Positions 6,692 to 15,139 of a stretch of DNA of 20,000 nt are shown here, one piece after another. Within the stretch, counting starts at the first letter, position 1. Every line of letters begins with the position of its first letter. The DNA is taken from IMG/VR virus record IMGVR_UViG_3300014208_000040. One strand, written 5' to 3'. Made by a program: the position numbers and the translations under genes. Source of the DNA: an uncultured virus (IMG/VR IMGVR_UViG_3300014208_000040) (lineage: Duplodnaviria > Heunggongvirae > Uroviricota > Caudoviricetes). The notes below the pieces were generated by a model. That model was not told the DNA's origin. It made no database searches and saw only the letters and a list, made by a program, of their open reading frames with translations.

Positions 6692-7380
6692 ACTTTAGTT
6701 GGGGGTATGATTGGAGTTGACTGCCATTCGGGCCGTTTCAATGGTGAGTCAACAAAAGGAATGACTTCGGTCTTGACCACAAATCTCTTGGTGGACTTGT
6801 CATAGACCAAGCGAGCTTTCTTTTCCGCATTACCTACCAACGCATAATCATTCTGCTCTTCAAACTTGCTCTGTGACCATTCAGCGTAGTCACCATCCAA
6901 CTTCCGTAAAATGAAATGGAGAGAATCGTCGTTGACATTTGCTTCTTGTAGAAATTCAATGATGTTTTGGGGAATGTGTTTACGGGTCAAATTCCGCTGA
7001 AACACTTCATGTAAATTTGGATAATTCAAAGATTCTTCGGCTTCTTCAACCGTATATCCTTTTGCCAACAGAATGGCGAACGCAATCGAAGGAGAACGAT
7101 TGGCTCCTGCATGACAATGAATCAATACGGGCTTATCGCCTTTGAAATAATGGTCGGCGACTCGTAACGTTCCGAAAAATGGGGAGTGACCCCACTGACC
7201 AATTTCATTAATGGGAAACCAAAATGACGGAACGCGGAGTTGATAATCAAAGGTCGCACAAGGACTGTCAGCCACGTTGATGACCGCACAATAATACGAT
7301 GCCGCCACGTCAGGCCGAACACTGAGAATTTTATCAAGTCCCTTAGGCGTTTTTGAAACATGAAAAATTTTAGGCTTCAT
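6688..7380 (-). CDS. dual-specificity / tyrosine phosphatase family protein
   Basis: P-loop VLIHCHAGANRS (HCxxGxxRS); ATG at 7380 with a purine-rich upstream region is preferred to TTG 7410. Confidence 0.85.
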   Translation of the reverse strand: MKPKIFHVSKTPKGLDKILSVRPDVAASYYCAVINVADSPCATFDYQLRVPSFWFPINEIGQWGHSPFFGTLRVADHYFKGDKPVLIHCHAGANRSPSIAFAILLAKGYTVEEAEESLNYPNLHEVFQRNLTRKHIPQNIIEFLQEANVNDDSLHFILRKLDGDYAEWSQSKFEEQNDYALVGNAEKKARLVYDKSTKRFVVKTEVIPFVDSPLKRPEWQSTPIIPPTKV

Positions 7381-7594
7381 TCTTCCATTCCTCTCCTTTA
7401 CCAAAATCAAAAACTTCGGCTAACCCACGACGTTCAAATCTTATTTTAGTGTGAATATATTCTAGTTTGGGCCAGAGTTGTTGGCGGGCATGTTCGGTGC
7501 GACATGCCTCGTATTTCTTTATCAGGGTTGTGGCTTGTTTGGCATACCACTCAGCGGAGTGGATCAACATATCAGCAGTTTCTTCGTCATTCAT
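7370..7594 (-). CDS. hypothetical protein (74 aa)
   Basis: Coupled within the minus-strand operon. Confidence 0.7.
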   Translation of the reverse strand: MNDEETADMLIHSAEWYAKQATTLIKKYEACRTEHARQQLWPKLEYIHTKIRFERRGLAEVFDFGKGEEWKNEA

Positions 7595-7872
7595 ATTTCT
7601 GACGCTCGCTTTCTTAACGCAGCCATTTGAATATCGTCTTGGCTTGACATTTTTTGTTCCAACTCCACTTTCTTGATAATCACATGTAAGGATGCCAAGT
7701 CGGTTTCCACATCCTCAACCATTCTGGATTTTTCATCCATTTGTTTCATAAGACGTTCGGCCTCACAATTCAAAAACTTCGCAGTCTGTAAATCCAATTC
7801 CGATTTAAGAAGTAACTTCAAAGCTTCGGACTTGATGCAAGCCATTTCCGCAAGTTTTTCTTTATCTGTCAT
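7591..7872 (-). CDS. coiled-coil hypothetical protein (93 aa)
   Basis: First gene after a leaderless promoter; rich in E, K and L. Confidence 0.75.
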   Translation of the reverse strand: MTDKEKLAEMACIKSEALKLLLKSELDLQTAKFLNCEAERLMKQMDEKSRMVEDVETDLASLHVIIKKVELEQKMSSQDDIQMAALRKRASEI

Positions 7873-7878
7873 GACAAT

Positions 7879-7961
7879 ACTATATCACAGATGATCGTCA
7901 TTATCAACTTATTATATCGGTTGAAAATATCCCTTGACTTCTTAATAAGATATGATAGGAT
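7879..7961. promoter_or_regulatory. divergent promoter pair
   Basis: Minus: TTGATA(7907-7902)-17-TATAGT(7884-7879), 6 nt to ATG. Plus: TTGACT(7934)-16-TAGGAT(7956), 6 nt to ATG 7968. Confidence 0.7.
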
Positions 7962-7967
7962 ATTGTT

Positions 7968-8420
7968 ATGCTAAAGAAACAGAAAACCGTTTTCTCCGAC
8001 AAAGGAATTGAACATTCCGTTCAGTTGTCAGAACAACCCACTATTACAAACGGAGGGATAACGATTCTTCTTGACAAGGTGGTTGATACCATTGTTGAAG
8101 ATTTTGAAAAGGATTCTGATAACTGGCAAATTGAATTTGAAAAATTATCTCCGGAATTCACGTATTACAATTATGTCACAACTGAAAGACGTTACACCGT
8201 TTCTCGTTTCCAATACAATGCAGATGACAAAATCCATGTTCTTGTCATGAACGATAACATATTGACGTTGGCTCAACAAGACCGTATTCGTAAGGCCATA
8301 ATCAATTGGCAACGCAAGTGTGATGAAACCCGGAAGGATTACAGAACAAATCAAGCGGTCGAGAGTTTGAAAACTATATTTCCTAACTCAGTCGTTCCAA
8401 ATTATGGCCAGCAAAGATAA
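7968..8420 (+). CDS. hypothetical protein (150 aa)
   Basis: Long ORF immediately after a promoter. Confidence 0.8.
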   Translation: MLKKQKTVFSDKGIEHSVQLSEQPTITNGGITILLDKVVDTIVEDFEKDSDNWQIEFEKLSPEFTYYNYVTTERRYTVSRFQYNADDKIHVLVMNDNILTLAQQDRIRKAIINWQRKCDETRKDYRTNQAVESLKTIFPNSVVPNYGQQR

Positions 8421-8576
8421 TCCATGAAATGTGGAAAGAAACGGTTGGATAAAATAAAAGCCATGTTGGTAGTGGCCGAAGCGTTGAACTCGCCCCCATT
8501 CCCACCGTATGGAAAAACGATATTACTTCTGTCAACCGTGTAACGCTTACCACGTCACCAAAACCGATAAACTACC

Positions 8577-9128
8577 ATGAAAAACTTCTTCCAATGGAAA
8601 CGGGTCGTGGTAGTTCTTAACGGAATAGAATCAGAACCGATTTATGATGTACCTGCCGACGACTCACTAACCACGTTACAAGCCGGCGAAAAAATTGAAG
8701 CCTTCTTCAAGTCGTTGGATGAAGTCAAACAACTCATAATTACTTCTATTGATTGTAATTTGAATGACGTTCACGGTGGCTACGATGTTACCATTACGAC
8801 TCAAGAATACGACCCGGGACTTACCTTCATTCCCAACGATCCTTCCTCACCTATCAATAATCTTGATAAAGATATTGAAACAATTATTTATAGTTGTGAT
8901 TGTGCCGAATTCAAACGGCGTAATGGAATTGACTTTGATTCTCAAGACGCCTACGAACAAGGCTGGAAAAATTGCCCGTGTTGTAACAAACCATTTAAGA
9001 CGAGAAAAAGTAAGTCAATATCTTACAATAAACCGTCATTACTCACACCGGAAAAAATTAAACAAATGAAATCATTATTCCCCAACGTAAATTACTGTAC
9101 GTTAGATGATGTAAAAAATGCTCCTTGA
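8577..9128 (+). CDS. hypothetical protein with CxC...CPCC motif (183 aa)
   Basis: Long ORF; YSCDC and NCPCC suggest Zn binding. Confidence 0.75.
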   Translation: MKNFFQWKRVVVVLNGIESEPIYDVPADDSLTTLQAGEKIEAFFKSLDEVKQLIITSIDCNLNDVHGGYDVTITTQEYDPGLTFIPNDPSSPINNLDKDIETIIYSCDCAEFKRRNGIDFDSQDAYEQGWKNCPCCNKPFKTRKSKSISYNKPSLLTPEKIKQMKSLFPNVNYCTLDDVKNAP

Positions 9129-9152
9129 CTTTCTATATTCGTGTGGTATCTT
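9125..9152 (+). promoter_or_regulatory. sigma70-type promoter, class A (leaderless)
   Basis: TTGACT-16-TATCTT, 6 nt to ATG 9159. Confidence 0.7.
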
Positions 9153-9158
9153 CTCCCC

Positions 9159-9476
9159 ATGACGAACTGGAAACTATTTTGGAAGAACCTCAAGGCACTG
9201 GCTCATGCCCTTGCTACAGAGGAATCCATTTGTATTACTCCTTCGGTTATTCCCAAACGCAACATCACCAAACGGGAAGTCAAAGACCTTATTGCCAAGG
9301 CCACCAAAAAGGTCCGAGTCAACAAGAAAGAAAATAACGAGAAGCCTGAAATCCAATGGCCCAAAGGGGAATTGACTTTTAAGGAACTCTGTCAGGCCAA
9401 TGTCAATTTCTCCAAGGAAGAACTCCATAAAGCCATTGGTAAAAAGATGGAACAATCAAGAAAGGTATTAACATGA
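9159..9476 (+). CDS. basic hypothetical protein
   Basis: Start reassigned to ATG 9159 (MTNWKLFWK); contains IQWPKGELTFKEL. Confidence 0.75.
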   Translation: MTNWKLFWKNLKALAHALATEESICITPSVIPKRNITKREVKDLIAKATKKVRVNKKENNEKPEIQWPKGELTFKELCQANVNFSKEELHKAIGKKMEQSRKVLT

Positions 9477-9829
9477 AACGTGAAACATTTACATATAAAT
9501 ATCGTTCGGTAATGGGCACCGATGTCAGCGTTACGCACGAAGTTGAATTCGGCAAAACTCACGATGTTGCGATTGCCCAACTCAAGGAAAGTTTTCGTCA
9601 ATCCTGTACTCCGCTTGTGGAACTTGACGGTCATAAAATTGATATCAGTAATTTTCTTATCAATGAAATTCACCGCCTTGAAGTTGATTGTAACCGGCTT
9701 AGAAGCATGATTACAGCCTTACAACGAGAAATCCTCCAACGACAGCCAAAAGTGATTATTTGTGATGAATGTGGTTTGAATGTTGATGACTCCGGATGTT
9801 GCCAGAACGACCAAGATTTATGGAAATAG
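9473..9829 (+). CDS. hypothetical protein (coiled coil plus Cys-rich tail)
   Basis: ATGA-coupled; CDEC...CC. Confidence 0.7.
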   Translation: MKRETFTYKYRSVMGTDVSVTHEVEFGKTHDVAIAQLKESFRQSCTPLVELDGHKIDISNFLINEIHRLEVDCNRLRSMITALQREILQRQPKVIICDECGLNVDDSGCCQNDQDLWK

Positions 9830-9832
9830 AAC

Positions 9833-9861
9833 TTGACTTTTTATACAATCAAGAATAGAAT
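9833..9861 (+). promoter_or_regulatory. sigma70-type promoter, class A (leaderless)
   Basis: TTGACT-17-TAGAAT, 6 nt to ATG 9868. Confidence 0.75.
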
Positions 9862-9867
9862 ACCAAC

Positions 9868-10323
9868 ATGAAAGATTTTCCAATTGATGACCCCGATTCA
9901 CGCTGTAAGAAAGTCAAGTTCATCGTCTTTGATGCTGACCGTTTTGAAATTTGGCGTGAATGGCACCAACGACTCACCTTTAAGGATGATAGCTCTGGTT
10001 TCTGTTTTCAATATGCTCAGTTCGGTAAAAAGAAACCTTGTTGGGCCACCCTTTGGTTTTCTGATGTTGAAGGTGTCTATACTGCTTTTGTCGAAACAGA
10101 CGGGGCTTATGTGGATTGCCACGCCCTTGAAAAGGCGGTATGGAAACTGACGGGATTGAAACCGACCCCTGATAATCAGACCAATCAAACCAATTTCCAT
10201 AACCATATCGCGTGGCAAACGATGGAACGAAACCTACGGCACGAACGATTGGTCAAATGTGCTGAATATCGAATTAAAGAAGCCACGAATGACTTGACTC
10301 GTTACTGTTCTAATAATCGTTGA
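9868..10323 (+). CDS. hypothetical protein (151 aa)
   Basis: ORF following a promoter. Confidence 0.8.
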   Translation: MKDFPIDDPDSRCKKVKFIVFDADRFEIWREWHQRLTFKDDSSGFCFQYAQFGKKKPCWATLWFSDVEGVYTAFVETDGAYVDCHALEKAVWKLTGLKPTPDNQTNQTNFHNHIAWQTMERNLRHERLVKCAEYRIKEATNDLTRYCSNNR

Positions 10324-10331
10324 AATTTCAC

Positions 10332-10359
10332 TTGACTTTTTATACCTTCGTGGTAGAAT
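10332..10359 (+). promoter_or_regulatory. sigma70-type promoter, class A
   Basis: TTGACT-16-TAGAAT with TGn; ATG 10369. Confidence 0.75.
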
Positions 10360-10368
10360 GTGTTGAAT

Positions 10369-10695
10369 ATGAAACATAAACTCAAAGTTGGTGAATTGGT
10401 TTTCCTAAAAAATGTGGGCTACCCATATAATCGAACCGATGATGGTGGGGAATCTTGGGAAGGGGCTTCTTGTATCGTCACGGAACTCAATAGTGGGTAT
10501 GATAAAGACATGGTTACGGTTGAACCTCTCATTCCTATTAAAATTAGACCGCGTGAAACCATGACGAGTTGCCTTTTTCATTCAGAATCCGTCGTCAAGG
10601 AAAACCGGCCGTGGTTGAAAAAGAATTTGACAACGTTGTTCAAATATAAGAAAGAATTACTCAAACTCGCCGAAATCATCACCCAAACAATATGA
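10369..10695 (+). CDS. hypothetical protein, SH3/KOW-like start (LKVGELV)
   Basis: Start set by promoter position; fold is a guess. Confidence 0.7.
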   Translation: MKHKLKVGELVFLKNVGYPYNRTDDGGESWEGASCIVTELNSGYDKDMVTVEPLIPIKIRPRETMTSCLFHSESVVKENRPWLKKNLTTLFKYKKELLKLAEIITQTI

Positions 10696-10952
10696 ATATC
10701 ACTCACGGAACAATTATTTCTGGCGAAATTTTCGGCGGAAATCTAAAACGGTTTACGATTGAAACTCTTCAAAAAGATACCAACATTATTCTTGGCGAAT
10801 CGGTTTGTGTGGTTACGTTAACCTCCGATGATTTATTCCAACTTAAAAGTCTGCGGCTTTACCTCAAGAAAGATTTGTTCGCAGAACATGAAAGCAAGGC
10901 ATTCATTCATTCTCTTAATTCCATTCTCGGAACTCCAACCGAAGACCTATGA
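10692..10952 (+). CDS. hypothetical protein (86 aa)
   Basis: ATGA-coupled. Confidence 0.7.
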   Translation: MNITHGTIISGEIFGGNLKRFTIETLQKDTNIILGESVCVVTLTSDDLFQLKSLRLYLKKDLFAEHESKAFIHSLNSILGTPTEDL

Positions 10953-11179
10953 AAAAACTCTGTATCAACTGTAAATGGAAAAACGGCATCTGGTGTGATG
11001 CTCCACGAAACCTTGTAACCAATCCCGTAGATGGAACAACGACCCACCATTGGATTGCCAGTTGTATGGGTCAACGCACCGGCGTCTATACATCATGGCT
11101 AGGGTGCCGATGGAATGGCCTTTGTGGTAAAGAAGGTCGTTGGTTCACCCCCAAATTGGCCGAATTACTGAAAAGATAA
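10949..11179 (+). CDS. Cys/Trp-rich small phage protein
   Basis: CINCKW...C...C...CGKEGRWF pattern. Confidence 0.75.
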   Translation: MKKLCINCKWKNGIWCDAPRNLVTNPVDGTTTHHWIASCMGQRTGVYTSWLGCRWNGLCGKEGRWFTPKLAELLKR

Positions 11180-11182
11180 AAT

Positions 11183-11371
11183 ATGAACGTTGCCTATTAC
11201 AAAAATAAACTTCAAGACTTGAAGGCTACGGCTGAAATTAACCGGCTCAAATCTGAAATTGCCAAACTTGAAGGCGATCCACTACATCCCAAATCCGAAG
11301 GTTGGGAATGGGATGGTGACTTGGGCATCTGGGAACAACCAAACCCACCCGTTGAACATACCGATATATGA
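11183..11371 (+). CDS. hypothetical protein (62 aa)
   Basis: Tightly packed in the operon. Confidence 0.65.
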   Translation: MNVAYYKNKLQDLKATAEINRLKSEIAKLEGDPLHPKSEGWEWDGDLGIWEQPNPPVEHTDI

Positions 11372-11670
11372 ACACAAGCAAAACCTTGGTGCCGCCCATC
11401 ATTCCGTCATCTAAAGAACAAATCCACGTCACCTTGACTACTTCCCCAAGAGGTCAACAGTATGTGGAACTCCGTAGTCACTGTTTGGATTCTGACAATG
11501 CTGAAGGTGTCTTCAAACCCACCATGAAGGAAATCCGTATCCCCGTAGAACAGTTTGTCAACTTCACCGAATCCCTTAATCGAGCCAACGCCGAACTTCA
11601 TTTACCAACTGTCCCGAGTCAACTCTACCAATTCCAAGATGAAGCGGTGCCCGTCAACTCAACAATATGA
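11368..11670 (+). CDS. PC4/p15-like ssDNA-binding protein
   Basis: EQIHVTL..GQQYVELR..GVFKPTMKEIRIPVEQF resembles the PC4 pattern (YVDIR...WKPTKKGI). Confidence 0.6.
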   Translation: MNTSKTLVPPIIPSSKEQIHVTLTTSPRGQQYVELRSHCLDSDNAEGVFKPTMKEIRIPVEQFVNFTESLNRANAELHLPTVPSQLYQFQDEAVPVNSTI

Positions 11671-11885
11671 AAATTCTCCAAGAAGGAAACCTACCCGCTA
11701 AAGTCAGCCTTATTTACCTTGGTACCTGCTCCCATTGCCAATGCAAAGTGGAAGTAGCTGAAAGTGAAGTTCTTCGTGGTTATAATAACTATGAATACGT
11801 GAAATGTCCAACCCTATTTTGTAATCGAGAGATCACACCACTAACAATGAAATGTTCAACCATGACGAACGTATGCCTGTTATAG
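11667..11885 (+). CDS. Zn-ribbon small protein
   Basis: CSHC...CPTLFC. Confidence 0.7.
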   Translation: MKILQEGNLPAKVSLIYLGTCSHCQCKVEVAESEVLRGYNNYEYVKCPTLFCNREITPLTMKCSTMTNVCLL

Positions 11886-11981
11886 CCGAAATTCCAAAGC
11901 CATATAAGGAAATGAGGAAGTGTTTATAACAACAATAAAAACAACATGTATCTCCATATCCACATTTCATGACATAAATCC

Positions 11982-12167
11982 ATGCCCCATATACAAAAAC
12001 AAAATCCCGTAACCAAGGTCTTTCAATGCCCTCATTGTGGAGCGGAAAATGAAATGGCCGTGACGGCTATAATTGACGGCGAATGGAGAGAAGCAGTAGA
12101 GTTCGATTGTTTCTGCTGGTATTGCCATAAGCGCTTTTATAAGTTGTTGAATAAGGGGTCTTCATAA
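11982..12167 (+). CDS. Zn-ribbon small protein
   Basis: CPHC...CWYC. Confidence 0.7.
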   Translation: MPHIQKQNPVTKVFQCPHCGAENEMAVTAIIDGEWREAVEFDCFCWYCHKRFYKLLNKGSS

Positions 12168-13128
12168 GATATGAATGCTCCGTCTGTGCTTATATGCTTT
12201 TGATGCCTGACCCTCCTAGCCCTGTTTATAAGAACCGGTACAACCAAAACCCTCGCTCGCCACTTATACGGAGAACTATGCCAGTGGATATATCTGTTTG
12301 TGGAGTGCTATAGATGAGATGAATCCTATGCCGTAGGGGGAGGGTACCACCCCACGATTTGAATCGGTACCACACCCACCGTCATCGAAAGGATGGTGTG
12401 GGTGCCGTCAAGGAAATAATGCTATGTTTACATTGTATTTACATTGTCATTACATCCACGTTTTACAGGCACCCAGAAATTCTGCCGGAAAAAATACACG
12501 TATAACTCTACTTACGTGTAATCTATCGTTGTTATAATATTACCTAATTACCTATTATGTTGGATGCTGCACCGAACCGTTTCTCTATTATCATTCTTTG
12601 CTTCGATCTTTACTTTTGTGTGACCTATTCTAAATTATCAATCTGTGATTGTTATGGGTTTCCGTCTCTATGGTTTATACGCGGTGTGCTTTTATAAAAG
12701 CACCTAAACTTATTATACAATGGGGACAAAATGATCGGTTCTCTTTCTATAAAGAATGCTGAAAACAACCCTGAATGATAACTCTGGAAATTTATTTGCG
12801 TTGACCGGCTCCTATACCCACGGAGGGGAGTAGTACTCCTACTATATCAAGTTAATACGTATTGACGTGCCCCTATACGTGGCGGGGGTACCACCCCCAA
12901 TTTCAAATTTAGCACCCACCCCTCTTAAATTATGATCGGAGCACCCATATACAAGAAATAAATGGGGTCAGTTATTCATCGTTGTTGTATGGAAATCTGG
13001 TTCAACAAATACGATACAGCAAAGTTGGAATGATGTCAACGGTTATTTTATTGCGTGGTTAAGAATACTGTATCATTAAATGGAAGACTGAAATAAAATA
13101 ACTATTTCTGCTTTTTGTTGACGGTTTC

Positions 13129-13240
13129 AAAAATTCTGTACAGTACTTATTAGGTACAGTACTCTTATAAAAGTACAATGTATAAATAAAAAGTACAATG
13201 TAAACTGTACAATGTACACTGGAAACTGTACAGAATTTTT
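13129..13240. repeat. 16-bp perfect inverted repeat enclosing three GTACAATGTA direct repeats
   Basis: AAAAATTCTGTACAGT (13129-13144) and ACTGTACAGAATTTTT (13225-13240); GTACAATGTA at 13173, 13193 and 13207. Confidence 0.9.
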
Positions 13241-13407
13241 TGATAAAATATTCAGTCCCGGTGACGGTGCCCATTCTAAAATTCTTTTAGTCAATTCCTA
13301 TTAAAAATACAAACGATGCTATTTTTATTTTTATGAATGCCTTCAGAATTGATATATTTAAGTAAATAAATCCGTATTAGAGTGCTTAATGATTTACATA
13401 AGTAAAA

Positions 13408-13499
13408 CTAATGACCTCGGCACTCATAAGCCCGGCTAATGAAGTTAGGCTATCATTAGGGTGCCTTATGAAGTGGAACTAATGAAGATAAACTAATGG
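13408..13499. repeat. CTWATGA array with about 14-bp spacing
   Basis: Copies at 13408, 13424 (rc), 13436, 13453 (rc), 13465, 13479 and 13493 (CTAATGG). Confidence 0.75.
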
Positions 13500-13603
13500 T
13501 TAAATGTACGCAGGATCCGGTGCCCTATTCTTGGCGCCTTTCGGTCGGCCTCATCGTCTTTTCTTTTACTGTAACAAGGTAACACAGTATGGAGGGAAGT
13601 CAA
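13500..13603 (-). ncRNA. candidate small RNA 1 with its promoter
   Basis: TTGACT(13603-13598)-16-TACCTT(13581-13576); GAAA-capped hairpin, then a motif shared with 17772-17796; 3' end unknown. Confidence 0.4.
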
Positions 13604-13777
13604 ATCTTATTTGGCCTTTTTTTCTGCTCATTCAGGTGGTGTAAATACAATGTAAATACACGGGTGGCATCCTGTATAGGAGGCAATAGGATTCGGGAAT
13701 TTGGGGTCGGGTGGTGTACCACAAGATAACACACATTTTTTTATTTGTCAAGGGGAAATGTGAAAAAATCTTTCAAC

Positions 13778-13806
13778 TTGACTTTCTATAAAATCTCGTG
13801 TAACGT
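13778..13806 (+). promoter_or_regulatory. sigma70-type promoter, class A
   Basis: TTGACT-17-TAACGT, 7 nt to ATG 13814. Confidence 0.6.
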
Positions 13807-13813
13807 TGGTTAT

Positions 13814-13996
13814 ATGCTTAACATAATCAAACACCTTTTACGGAATTTTCTTCCATATTTTGTATTCTTTGTTTTGGCTATCAAAATTTCAATGTCTAAT
13901 AATATTCATTGTTCGTTTCGTGATGACCCACTAATAAACTGGGTGGCCCTCGGCGTGATGATATTGTTACTCGAAATCCCTCGAAAAGAATCTTGA
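13814..13996 (+). CDS. small membrane protein (two hydrophobic segments)
   Basis: FLPYFVFFVLAI and LINWVALGVMILLL; start set by promoter position. Confidence 0.6.
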   Translation: MLNIIKHLLRNFLPYFVFFVLAIKISMSNNIHCSFRDDPLINWVALGVMILLLEIPRKES

Positions 13997-14020
13997 CAAT
14001 AAACAGATCAATGGTAGGGT
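13993..14020 (+). promoter_or_regulatory. sigma70-type promoter, class B (leaderless)
   Basis: TTGACA-16-TAGGGT with TGn, 6 nt to ATG 14027. Confidence 0.65.
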
Positions 14021-14026
14021 GTTGGT

Positions 14027-14361
14027 ATGACGCTAACAAATCGCATCAAGATGTTGGTCAATCTGTGTGGAGAACTCAACAAACTTCGTTGGGATGACCC
14101 GAACCGTCAGGCATGGGACAAAACCTTCAATGCTGAATTGATTCGCCTTGACAATGAAGTGGCGAGTTTGCCGGACGGTAAAATCTCACCCGGTCGTGTT
14201 CTAAGATTCCAAGTGGCAGACGGTTACGCCCTTTACATTATTACCAAGGTATCTATCAGTCGGCCTCTGGAAAGTTGGTTATGCCGACTCAAGTGGCCAT
14301 TCGGAATTTGGGTTGGACGGACGCCTTGAAAAGGATATTTAGTAACAAAGAAGCTAACTGA
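14027..14361 (+). pseudogene. phage protein (VADGYALY motif), possibly frameshifted near 14248
   Basis: The 0-frame stops at 14329. The -1 frame from 14248 reads GIYQSASGKLVMPTQVAIRNLGWTDALKRIFSNKEAN and stops 2 nt before the next ATG. Confidence 0.45.
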
Positions 14362-14363
14362 TT

Positions 14364-14663
14364 ATGACATATCAAGATAAGTTATGGAAGAGAGCAATAG
14401 CTCTCCAGAACAAATTTGAAGGCCTCGATTATGCCGTGGTTGATCGGGCGTCAACTACTTTTCCGGGAGTTCCTTACAATACACCAGTAAAAATCCTCTC
14501 TATAAGTTGTCTAAATTCAACGATGTATCCAGGATGTCCATATCTATCGGTATCAGTGGAATTGCCTAACGGTGAACAACGAACGTTAGCAGGCGAATCG
14601 CTTTGTGAGGGTAAGAATGCGGAGAAAAAATTTAAGGTTTTTAAGCGGGCATATTCATTATGA
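14364..14663 (+). CDS. hypothetical protein (99 aa)
   Basis: Operonic; ATGA-coupled to the next gene. Confidence 0.7.
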   Translation: MTYQDKLWKRAIALQNKFEGLDYAVVDRASTTFPGVPYNTPVKILSISCLNSTMYPGCPYLSVSVELPNGEQRTLAGESLCEGKNAEKKFKVFKRAYSL

Positions 14664-14893
14664 AAACACTCAAACGAAAACGTATCCGCTGGCGTATTGG
14701 CACCATTGCCGAAACGTTGTCGGTTATTCAAACAATTGACGAAAGGGAACGGCCTTTCTGTCGTTTCCCTGACGGTCATCAACAGGCCGTTAGAGTTCAG
14801 ATGAATCGTGACACGGGTGAAGTTATCAATGGTTCTGATGGCAAACCTCAAATTGTGGCTCCGTGGCTTTTGTCAAATATCTTTAGCGTATGA
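14660..14893 (+). CDS. hypothetical protein (77 aa)
   Basis: ATGA-coupled on both sides. Confidence 0.7.
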   Translation: MKTLKRKRIRWRIGTIAETLSVIQTIDERERPFCRFPDGHQQAVRVQMNRDTGEVINGSDGKPQIVAPWLLSNIFSV

Positions 14894-15063
14894 AAATTGG
14901 AAACAAGGTCAAAGTAATAAAAACGATGTTGGTTGAACAATCCGGATATATTGGAATGACGGGAACGGTTGAGGGTGTTGATTATGGTGAAATTCTGGTT
15001 GATTTCGGGTTTGAACTTCCCCTCAGCGGGTTTACTAAAGACGAATTGAAAATTGTCGAATAA
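14890..15063 (+). CDS. small SH3/KOW-like protein (57 aa, not in ORF track)
   Basis: MKIGNKVKVI...IGMTGTVEGVDYGEILVDF...FTKDELKIVE. Confidence 0.7.
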   Translation: MKIGNKVKVIKTMLVEQSGYIGMTGTVEGVDYGEILVDFGFELPLSGFTKDELKIVE

Positions 15064-15105
15064 AGCGTGTTTCGACTAAAAAGAAAAATTCTTGTTAAAT
15101 AAAAG

Positions 15106-15133
15106 TTGACAAACAAGAAACTTCTAATAGATT
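15106..15133 (+). promoter_or_regulatory. sigma70-type promoter, class B (leaderless)
   Basis: TTGACA-16-TAGATT, 6 nt to ATG 15140. Confidence 0.7.
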
Positions 15134-15139
15134 GGTCGT

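Larger units (their letters stand above)
12168..13777. other. 1.6-kb non-coding, repeat-rich region (origin-like or RNA-encoding)
   Basis: No credible ORF in an otherwise dense genome; contains repeat arrays, inverted repeats, AT-rich tracts and promoters without ORFs. Confidence 0.6.

Noticed and set aside
13181..13188. T4-type late promoter TATAAATA
   Set aside because: Single occurrence inside an AT-rich repeat array with no downstream gene; likely chance.
13059..13274. 71-aa minus-strand ORF
   Set aside because: It is a translation of the repeat and inverted-repeat array; no promoter or coding-like composition.
12168..13777. tRNA or rRNA genes in the non-coding region
   Set aside because: No cloverleaf or T-loop GTTCRA in a suitable stem context was seen by eye; tRNAscan-SE or ARAGORN would confirm.
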